A stretch of DNA of 64,000 nt from Orbicella franksi (taxonomy: Eukaryota). How positions within the stretch are numbered: the stretch's first letter is position 1; each line of letters starts with the position of its first letter. The position numbers were made by a program, and so were the translations under genes. The stretch is from contig OZ116699.1 of the NCBI GenBank assembly GCA_964199315.1, positions 37,200,001-37,264,000 of the forward strand, in the 5' to 3' direction. The notes below the pieces were generated by a model. That model did no database searches and had not been told where the DNA came from. It was given only the letters and a program-made list of their open reading frames with translations. Shown in pieces: positions 27,101 to 38,695 of the stretch.

Positions 27101-30100
27101 TGACTACGTTTGGCCATTGCTTATAACATGCTTGTACTTCAGTCATTTTAAAATTTAAACTCAAGGACCGTCATGGTTTTGCCTTGCACCAGCCACCAGA
27201 CTTCTTCTTTTTAAGGACAGCATTTAGATGGCATTTGGCAACGATAGTGTTCTACCGACTGAGCAAACTTTGCAAAGTACCTCCAAAACCGTGACCGACG
27301 GCTGCAGTTTGAAATATTTCTTTCAATTAACAAGGATTTTACAAGACTGTAATAGTGCTAAGTACTAGGCCACACTATTTCGTAGCCTACCTTTCCCTAT
27401 TTTGACAGGTCCATCTTGCATCTGTGGTGATGAAAAGTTGTGGATTCTTTCAATCTCGATCCCTTGAAACAAATTGAAAATGAATGTAGCGCTAATATGC
27501 AGTTCAAACACTATTGCTCCAACCTACAAACGTCATGCAGAAAACATATAACGTAGCAAGATTAAACTCGTAATTGTTTCTGTGTATAAGTCCAGAAAGC
27601 GAAATGGCCAAACATGACGAGCTTTGCCCACGAAAAAAATCTATGCAAATTAGGTTAATAATAAGCCATGGGTGTGTTGAATCCACCCATGGCTTATTAT
27701 TAACTGTAACTGAAGATCGAAGTTCGCAAGTTTTGTACGATCGAGGTGTTATTTGTCACATTTGCGGTAACACATAATGACACTAATTTAGTTACAAAGC
27801 CCATCCAGCGGCATTATTTTTCTCATGCGGTCCGCAGCTTTGTATATTGTCACGTTTCATGAAATGGCCGTAATAATATCTATTAAATGTCCTGAAATCT
27901 CAAGTTAACATATAAGACTGAGGTAAGATATTTCCAAACTTTCGTGTTCGCGGAACAAATACCGCTAGCAGACCAGCTCCCTATGGAGAAAGAAAAAAAG
28001 AGGCAGATATTATGTTAAGCACGAAGATGATTCCTTTCTCAAAATATTGAAACAACTCAAAATACGGACCTCTCAAAGAAGGCAAGAAATGCTGGGGTGC
28101 AAGCAAGTGAAATAAATAAAGCAGAAAAGGTTAGCATTATTATTCTGCTCGACAGATAACAACAGTTCAATCAAGAACTGACTACCCAAGTAAGACGGAA
28201 TTAGCTAAAGCGCGAGGTTAATATTCTGCCCGACAGATAACAACAGCTCAATAAGAACTGACTACCCAAGTAAGACAGAATAAGCTAGCGTGCGAGGTTA
28301 ATATTCTGCTCGACAGATAACAACAGCTCAGTAAGAACTGACTACCCAAGTAAGACAGAATAAGCTGGCGCGCGAGGTTAATATTCTGCTCCACAGATAA
28401 CAACAGCTCAATAAGAACTGACTACCCAAGCAAGACAGAATGAGCTAGTGTGGCAGGTTAATATTCTGCTCCACAGATAACAACAGCTCAATAAAGAACT
28501 GACTACCCAAACAAGACAGAACAAGTTAAGCCGAGTTAAGCATGCATTTAGCGCAAAGTGAATCAGATAATTCGCTTCATTGCGACATATGACAACCGTT
28601 CTCTACAGAACTCTTTTCTCTGGTTTAGGCTAGATACGTACGCAAATATGAGAGCTCTCTGATATGATATCAGCATATTTAATAATTTCAGTGCAACTTA
28701 CCACTGCAGTCTTTTCCTTGTTCCATGGCATTGTGGATCGGAGGATTGATGGCAATGCCGTGCGGAAATTTCCCGCCAAAAATAATTTAGTCCGACATGA
28801 ACAATGATCATCGAGACACAAAAACACCAAATGCATGCCTCGTTGTCTTAACCCAAGAAAACGTCATTTATTCCAAGACCTGGCTTTAAGGATTCGCACT
28901 CGTCTATACTAGCTATATAGCTAGAAAAAATAATATTGCAAGGTAAACTGCGATATCTTGACATCATTCTAACATAAGAATGTGGCTCAAACAAAACATA
29001 GAATATACTCGAAGTCGTAGTCATCAATCGAAAGTGCCGTGCGCCATGTATCCCTATTTCGCTATGCCAAAATTAAGACTAACGATATAGTAATTACTGA
29101 TTTCAATCTTGTTCGGCATTCATACATATGTTACCACAGTAGATTTCTACTGGCGGCTTTCGCCATAATTGTTCATAATTATTTTGGTACAAACCGGCTT
29201 CCCTTGACGCGACGGTGTTGGCAATGTTTCCACACAGAAAAATGTCATAAAATTATAACCATCTCCTTTAAGCCCCACAGTGAGCTATTCTGGCGGTTTA
29301 GCAAGGAAAGTACCGTAACAAAGATGCGACAAACGCATCACTGACTTCAAGCATGTTCGCAAAGGCAAAACTGCGTGACAAATAAAAGCAAGTATCGGGT
29401 CCTGTTTCATGTTACATTTCCTGGCGTGCGATGATAAGTCGTGTACAAGATTAAAAGACCTCCTGGACAGAATTTTTTTAGAGGGTAAAGCTCCTCATGT
29501 CTGAGTTATACATGAATGCTGAGTTTTTCAAGGCTTTCTAAAACTTAGAATAGTTACTTTAACCCTATTCATTTGTGTCACGTCTTCGTGAGTCAGGTAA
29601 CGAATAATTGTCATTTAGTTGTTTATTCTTTGAGAAATGCCCGTGCACAATTAGCCCGGCCAAGGAAGTGGCAAGTGGGACTATGGGCCCAATTTTCCAA
29701 CTCCGTTCGCGTTGCGACTTCGTTAAGCCGTTGTTTATCATTTTCGTCAACTTTACACTGATCACTTGCGCGTTTTACTTCAGTCAACGTTACATTTGTA
29801 CACAAGTGAGGATTTTGCCACCAGACTTCTTAACTTTTAAGTACAGCAATTAGATCACGGCGTTTGGCAATTTTCGTGCTCTTCTGACTGAGCAAACTTT
29901 GCAGTTTCAATAGACCAATTTCGATATATTAAAATTCAGCCTAACACAATAGACCTCAGCACGAGGCTCTGGGGAATAAACCCCACAAACTCTGTAGTTA
30001 TTCCCCAGAGCCTCGTAGTGAGGTTCATTGTTTTAGGGCGAATTTTAATATATCAAAATTTGTCTATTGACTACCCAACGTGATTTTGTACGCAAGTCAA

Positions 30101-33100
30101 TATCTTTTTAATTAAATTGTGTCTATTTGCGAGTCCGTTTGGAGAAGGACTTTGAAAAGAGCGTCAAGTCTTTTTTTATTTCTAAAGAAATCCTGGCACT
30201 AGCTTTCACTTCTGTAAATTATTGAAATCATCGTCTTGCTCACGCGAACAATTACTATACGCTGTATTTGTTCAACTTACAATGTGACGGGCATTATATA
30301 TATATGCATAAAAAAAGAATGACATTTTCATTAAAACATCGCGATAGAGTAGGGTTGTTTTGTGGACAGCGGCTTTTGACAAGCTAGGAACAGATGTCGA
30401 TGGTCGACGCGTAGATCAGATAGGCCAATTCTTGCATGCCAGTAGCGATAACAGAATCAAACGAAAAACTACACTAGTACGTAACCGAATTTTTCAGCCT
30501 GCCTAAAATTCCCGTGTATTGCAGTCCGAACATTATGAAATCTTGACTAAATTTTCCACAAGACATTAACTCAATCTTGAATCACCACTGCGTGAAAGCC
30601 AAAATATTCTAGAGTATTCTAGACTCGAATATGTGATTGTGACGCAATAGAATCCTAGAGTATTCAAGCCGCACACAACACGTGACGTACACCTGAAATA
30701 TTCGTGTCGAATATGGTGGAATACGCTCCGTTCATAATCGTTCGAGGATTTTCGTTAAAGTATACCACACATCTGTCGTAATCCTAGCGTATGATGGCGA
30801 ATCCTCTGTAAAAAGAACTTTATAAAAGAAGGTAACAGTTCGGGTGCATAGCATTCTCCTGGAAGCAAAATTTAGACTATGAATTCAAAGTATATGCGAT
30901 CTGCGCGTGTATACGTTTATCCTGGAATACGTGATCTTGACGCCAAAGCTATAGAATTCTAGAGTATTCAAGGCGTTTACAACCGTGACGTGGACCTGGA
31001 AAATTCTTATTGAATATGGACATACGCAGGAGCACGACCGTGTATTCGTTCGTTGACCAGAACTATTGTACTTTTTTGGTTCATGTTGTCGGCGCAGCGC
31101 ATGTGTTTTGCTTGAGTCAAGAAATTGACACGCTTTGTTGTAACTTCGAATTCCACTCATTCGGTTTTGACCGACGCTTTCGGGATAATCACTACAAAGC
31201 GATTTCTCTTTGTGTGACCCGTCTCGTCTGAAATGGTTAACACAGCACGAAACCACAAATTGGACACTACGGGATACGTAAAGTTCCGCAAAGTTAAACT
31301 GACTAGAGACACGTAAAGCTGCGCAAAGTTTGGTTAGTAAGAGGAATCAAGTTCGTTTCGGAGAAGTCTTGGTGTATTCAGTGGAGAAAGTCCCGAGACC
31401 TTCAGACAAATATCTTTTCTCTGTGGGATGAGTTTAACTCCGGAGCCCGCAGGACAACGAAACTCCTAAATAACGGCCCAATAGCTTCCTCGGTCGACTC
31501 CCTGCCATCATATCAACATTGCATTACGCTTGAACAAGAAATCACAAAATGTATTACGGAAAACACTTTAATCAGATTTTTTCCTTGAGGTTACTTTTGA
31601 AACGAAATTGACCTTGAATGTGTTTCGAAACGACTTGTAACGAAATGAGAGAAACGACCTACATCAGCATTCTGAGTGTCCGACCTTCAACAAGCACGGA
31701 TCAGCGGTTTTCCACATTAGATACCAGGTTCTCTCGGTTCTCGCGCCATTTTTTTGGCGTCCTTTTTGAAAGGTGTGAAATGTTGAAGCTTGCACCGTTC
31801 TCTTGGTCCTTTTTCACTGTTTAAAAACTCTACTTTGGCGGACAAAATTCAGTTTATCTTCACTTCTTCTCTGTGCACGATTTCAAGCAGTTTTTGGTGG
31901 CATACAGCTGATGAAAACATCGATACATACGGAGGTACGAGTCAACAACAACAGGTAAAACGTAAGCCATTGTTGTCTTCCCGGGTTGTCTTGTACGTAC
32001 GAGTAAGTTAAGCTTAAGTTTTCAGGGTAAAGTTCAGTTGTAATGTTTGCTTAAGATGTATGGAATTGCCTCTGGTTGTAAATGTTTCTTTATCAAGCAG
32101 AAGTTATACATTGGAAGTAAATGTAACCTTGATATCAAGAGGGACAGCAATGGGAATGATGGTGAATTAAACCATTAAATCAAACTACTGTGTAAAATTT
32201 ACTGATTGATTTATTATGATATTTTCCTTAGTACTGCAAGCTTGATTTGAGGTTTCCCAGTGTGGATTTACACATAAACTTAACTAACCTTTTATGCGTA
32301 TTGTATTTTAATCATTGGATGAAGTAAAATTGGTAATGCCTTACATGTATGTATAATCCCTGGCCTCCTTATTTGAAGAAAAAAAGGAAAACCTGTGAGG
32401 AAGAACCCTGGCTTACAAGATACATGTATGTATTAATGACTATTTAGGGGGCCATGGAGACTTTTTGAGATTTATTTTTGTAAGAGCTTTTGAAAAATTA
32501 TATTGGCAGGTAAATTTTGGCATTTCACTAGTCAGTCTCTGTATATTTTATATATAAACAAGGTGATTTGCATATCCGTTTTCAGAGTGCTCAGTAGTAA
32601 ACTAGAGCGTGATTCTAACAGATGACGAACTGAGCAACTGTAGATCTGACTTGACATTTTATTACTATTTAGTTTCGTAGTACACAACTTGTGTGCAGCA
32701 CTCATGAGATAAAATTGCCAAATGCGAATTTACATCATTACACTGATTTGAAATACACATGCGACCGTTGGAAATATGATAGCTACAATAAGTGAACACT
32801 TTTGCAAAAAAAAGCAAAATTGGAAATTATAGATAAACACTGTTACTATTGTGTAACAAAAGAAGCTTTAAAAGTTAAAATTTAGCATTTTTCCGGAAGA
32901 ATTTGTTTGCATGTCTACATGAAGTTATCAGTTCATTCCATTTATTCAGAGAGGCTAACTCAGGTTTACAAAGGTACTTCTCCCAGAGGCATAGGTTACA
33001 TTGATTTGAATTGGGTTATATGGGGCAGCTTGCTTTAAAATCTTTCAAGTGACTTTGAACTTTGATTTATTGTCAAAGTCACTTGGAGGCTGCCCATGTA

Positions 33101-36100
33101 ACCCCGCTTCAAATCGATGTAACCTACCCCTCTGGGAGAAGTACTTTATTATTTGTAAACCTGAGTTAGCCTCTCTGAACAAACAGAATGAACTGATTAG
33201 ATAACTTCATGTAGACATGCAAACAAATTCCTCCTGAAAAATGTTAAATGTTAAATTTTAAATTTTAAATCTTCTCTTGTATTTCAATAATAACAGAGTT
33301 TATTCCTAATTTCCAACTTTCCTTTGTTTTGTAAAAGCATTCACTTATTGTAGCTATCACATTTCCAATGGTCGCTTGTGTATTTCAAATCAGTGTAATG
33401 ATGTAAATTCCCATTTGGCAATTTTATCTGATGAGTACTGCACACAAGTTGTGTAGTACGAAACTAAATAGTAATAAAATGTCAAGTCAAATCTACATTT
33501 GATCAGTTCATCATCTGTTATTTTATATATACATTATATTAAGGTACATGTAAAACCTGTTTCATTGATGACCACTACAAATTTCAAGACAATTTGCTAT
33601 AGTAATGTGAAACTACAGTGAAACTTTGATATAATGAAGTGCCAAAGAATTGGCAAAGTATGTTCACTATAACAGGGTTTTGTATCGAGGTTCTTTTCCG
33701 TATAGTCTACTATTACTGGGGCCATGAAAATCATTCGTTATACCGAGGACCTTGTTATATAGAGGCTCGTTAAATCGAGGTTCCACTGTACTAACCATAT
33801 TCCTTCCAAAGGTAAATATTGAAAATTGAGTTTTATTACTCATTTAGGTTATTAGCCTAAGGAGGAATTTGTTTGCATGTCTACATGAAGTTACCTAATC
33901 AGTTCATTCTGTTTGTTCAGAGTGACTATTAGCCACTCATTTCAGGTTAAGAGCTGAAAACTCTCTCTTCTCTCAAAGGCATCTTAAGTATGTTTTTGCA
34001 TGCACTAGAAACCCAGGTTCTTACAGTGTAGCTTTCCAAATGTGACTGTAAAACTTTTTGGTCATCAATCCTGTCAACACTTAGTGTTGATCTCAGGTCT
34101 TGGTTTGAATTTTCAGCTCTTTGTCTTGAGGTTACCCTATATCTTTCAGAGTGTCTTGCACCCACACCATTTAGCATGGCTATCAATCTACACGTACATG
34201 CATACCAAAAATTTGGAAATAAAATGAATTATCAATTTTTTCAGGGTTTCTCTATGCGAGCATCCAAATCACTTTTTGAAAGCTAAGTCAAAGTGAGTCT
34301 GACTCAAATTTTGGACAGTAGCTAGTTTATCATCCATGTCTGTTAATTTTTATTTTGAAATATTTTTTCTCTTGGAGTGATTTTTGAATGATCACTCCAC
34401 CATTCTTTAATCCTGTTTTGGAAATGTTCTGTAACTTTTTACTGCGATTGAATATGGCAACACACAGGCAATTTTGTTTTTGTGTTTTGTGTCCAGAAAC
34501 TGAGAAACAAATTAAATTAACAAGAAACAAAGTTCACTTTGACTTGTACATGTAGCTTTCAAAATGTGATAATAATAATAATAATGATTTGGACGCCAGC
34601 ACTAAAATGTCTAGAAAAATTTGGCAATTCATTTTATTTGAAAGTCCTTGGTATAGTTTGATAGCCAGCTCTATAAGTTTTAATTTGATATGGGGTTTAC
34701 ATACAATGTCTACAGATTAAATCGGATGCACTACATCTTTTTTGTGTGAGACACCTCTAAAGGTATATGGTAATGTTAAGAGGGTTCCAATTGTTGAACC
34801 GAATAATGATGTTAGAGTGGTTTTCAATTGAGTGTCGTAAAACCAAAACCAAAACCTAAACCAATTACTTACCAATTAGAGTTCTCAGCTAATCTCGAAC
34901 TGTAGTAAAACCAAAACCAAAACCAAAGTAATTGTCTAATTACTTTCGACACTCAACTGAAAACCGCTCTAAATATGCAAAGCAGCAATTCATTAATTCA
35001 TCCCTAATTCTCTTTCGTAACATAGCAGCATCTAGTTCTAAAGCTTGCATACAAAATGTAAGTGTTTTTTTAGACTGCTTCTCAGATGGTTCCGAACTTC
35101 TGCTTTTTCGTAATATAGCAGCATCTAGTTAGAAAGTTGCATGCAAAATGTTAGAAGTGGTTTTTTAGACTTTACTTCTCAAATGCTTCATTATGCCTTT
35201 TCATAACACAGCAGCATCTAGTTATAAAGTTTGCAAAAAAAAAAAAATGTTATAGTGTTTTTTAGAGACTTTGCTTCTCAGATGGTTATGCTTTTTCATA
35301 ACAAAGCAGCATCTAGATATAAAGTAAATGCATACAAAATGTTATAGTATTTTTTTAGGTTTTGCTTCTCAGATGGTTCCTTATACTTTTTCATAACATA
35401 GGGTCTTGGCAATGTAAATTCTTCCATAGTTTGATGAAAATAAACACACACGAACAAGTAACATAAGTTTTATTATTTCAGTATTAATAAAGTATTATTT
35501 GAAATGAAATGAAGATGTCATAACGGCAGTTGTTTACTTTTTGTTGGGATAACATGCATATTGTCCTTGTAATTTTCTCTCTTTTGGGTGGGTTTTGTTA
35601 GGAATCCAAAGGAATTTAAAAGTGTGTTACACTCGGCAGTTTGAACACAGTTTGGGGGATATACAAGCTTTGGTATGGGTCCTCAGTACTTCACGTTGGC
35701 GTCAGTATTCAATCACGAATACGTTTCATACTTTACATGAGTCTCGTGTTCCAGTCGAACACCACAGAACACTTGAAGTGTGTCGTTTATAATACCATAA
35801 AACCTCACGTATACCTCAGTATTCAAACATGAACACGTTTCATACTTCGCATGAGTCTCGTGTCCCAGTCGAACACCACAGAACACTTGAAGTGTGTCGT
35901 TTAGAATACCTTAAAACCTCACGTGTGCCTCAGTATTCAAACATGAACACGTTTCATACTTCGCATGAGTCTCGTGTTCCAGTCGGACGCTTCGGAACAC
36001 TAGCGTGTTGTCTGAATAAACTACGCGGTAGCGTATATTACCTGCATAAAACCCGTTCTTGACGACGCAATACATCTTTGGCTGTGAAAAATGTGACATA

Positions 36101-37394
36101 ACTTTCGTATTCATAGCGTGCGATTCTCGAAAATTAGAGCATACTTGACGTATTCATTAGTATTCGAAGACGTTCACGTCAGAAGTGGCGTCGTGCATCG
36201 CGTGTTCCAGTCGCAAACTCTCGAACAACTGAGAGTATTCGAAAATGTTCGAGTCATAAATGATCGCTATATCTTCGAAGAACATCTAATGCAACATTAA
36301 TCTACCAAAACGTGGCCCGTATGATTTATCGAACACTTCGAGTCATTCACGAGTATTAAATTTGAATACGGAAAAACAGGCCGGATTCCTCCAGAATATT
36401 CCAGGTGTATTTCGAGTCAGCCGTAATCGAATACGTCAGAACATTGCGGCATACGCGGCGTGCGCCGATCCGTATTCGAACGAATTCGGGCCCGAATATT
36501 TGGCTTTTCGCGCAGTGCACTTTTCCCGTTAATTTTTTTTTTCAGCAAAAAGCGGTTTATAACACGTTACAAGTGGTAGCCTACCTTTCGCAATTTTCCA
36601 TGGCCCGTGTTTTGAAGAATTCTCGACAGTTGTATAATCATCCTCTGCAAATATACCGTAACGTACGTGAAACTCAAACCGATGTGATCAGTAAGGGCGG
36701 CATACAATTACCAATATTGCAGTTGAATCAAAGGCATAAGAGCTCCAAATGATCTGAGAACAGCTCATTACAACTATGTAATCGAATGCTTCACAAAATT
36801 TAAACTGTTAGCTACCTTTGTCTCCGCTTATGAAGGAAAATACTTTTTTACCTAACGGTGCACATGTACCTAAATGTTATCTTATCTAAACAACACCGTA
36901 GGTGCTCTTCTTTCGTTATTATTGTTGTTTTACACAGTTCTATTGACTACACAAACTTAGCCTGCTAAACAGGCGGATCGCGAAGCATGATACACGAGCG
37001 CGGAGCGCGATCACGAGCGCGGAGCGGTAGTCGAAAAAAAAATCCAACAAGTGGTTGCGCTCCGCGCTCGTGTATCGCGTTTCGCTCTCTGCCCGGCTAA
37101 TCCGCCTGTTCTGCAGGCTAACACAAACTTAGCCGGGTTGAACTAGATACATGCTCGTACGTACCAGTTCCTGTTATAGGATGATCGTCAGGTTTTTCCT
37201 CGCTCTTGCTTTGACTCGCAGAATCCGAGAGTTCATCTAATACAACCACTTCACCTTTATCTGACAAAATCAAACAGAAACATCACTACCTTTATCACGC
37301 CCTTAGCTGAGCCTATCTGACTTGACCATTTGCATCTGTGGTTTCAAAGTGTAAACTTACTACCTGACTGAAAAACAGGCATGAGATCTACGGG

Positions 37395-37425
<31 letters not shown>

Positions 37426-38236
37426 TATCGAATGTAAAGATCTATGATACTGGATGGAACACAGTTTCGACCAATTCAAGAGGTTACATTACTTGCAAAA
37501 AAGTTTCGGACGATTTTAATTTCGGACAAAAAAGTGTCCGAAAATAAAACCGTCCAAACTTTTTAAGCGTTCGAGATATTTACTGTAGAGTATAAAACTT
37601 GGAAGTAGCTTTAAAGCTCTTGTTTTCCATCATACCGGGCCTCATGGAGCGAATTGTAGTTGAGACACGACTTCACATAAACAGCTTGATAGCATTTGTG
37701 ATATTTTCCCGTCGGTGTATTAGTGAAAGCTCGACTGGCTGCAGTAAAAATATCATTTTCACAGATGCTGTTTCAGCCTAAATCCTGTTTTGTAGGCGTA
37801 AAATTATTTTAGCTATATTTCAGCAGTGTCCGAAATTATTGTCCAAATTTTGTCCGAAATGAGATAAAAAGTGTCCGTAAATTAAACGTCCGAAATTTCT
37901 TGCAAGTTATGTATGACAATTTTTTTTTTTTTTTTTTGTAATTGACTTTGATACAAAGAGCACTAGTATAATACTGTGTATATTTAAGCCTTATCAAACA
38001 CACAGTGGCTTAGAAGTTCAGAACATTGAATATTGCTTGTTACCTTGTCAGAAAGCATTCGCAGCCTACAGTCACTTATAATGATCGTAAGAACTACTTA
38101 CGCCCGTTAGCTGCATTATTTGAGGCCAAAGGATTCAATTCCGAACCTGCAAATTAATAATATTAAAGTAAGGGAGTGTGGAGGGAGTGTCAATAAATAA
38201 CATTTCCAATGTGGTGAACTTCAAGACGAAAAGTCA

Positions 38237-38270
<34 letters not shown>

Positions 38271-38651
38271 GATACCGGTGCGATGCTCTACCAGCTGAGC
38301 TATTGCTTAAATTGGAAAATTAACTGCGATGATCATTCTTCACTTTCATCTACAACCGCAGTTCATATATGAATTATTCCATGTAAACTTCACATCGTGG
38401 TGAAGACTGTGGAGCAAACTAACAAATAAAGAAAGATCGGCGATAAATCTCAAGCAGTTTAAGACCCAAGTACGGAGGCTAGATTTAGGCAGCATCCTAC
38501 ATGGATGTAGTGGCTGCCATCTTTGTAACTCATAATTTTAATTTCTTTTATAGGACTTTTCTGCATATTATTTTTAGATAGTTCTAGTTAGGTGTCCCCT
38601 ATTAGCAATGGAGATTCTCCAGTGCTAGATGTAATTGACACGATAATAAAG

Positions 38652-38695
<44 letters not shown>

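Larger units (their letters stand above)
30586..36517. mobile_element. Non-autonomous CACTA/EnSpm-type (CACTG) DNA transposon, 5.9 kb, in the large intron of gene C
   Basis: Left end CACTGCGTGAAAGCCAAAATATTC, right end GAATATTTGGCTTTTCGCGCAGTG; 3-bp target duplication CAC (30583-30585, 36518-36520); GAATATTC/GAGTATTC-rich subterminal repeats at both ends; no transposase ORF. Confidence 0.75.

Noticed and set aside
28140-28530. CRISPR-like appearance of the 80-bp array (also the 114-bp and 36-bp arrays)
   Set aside because: Units are contiguous with no unique spacers, there are no cas genes, and the context is eukaryotic.
28630-28836. Possible extra gene C exon with a GTAAGT donor at about 28696
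   Set aside because: The phase-1 frame has an upstream stop with no intervening acceptor.
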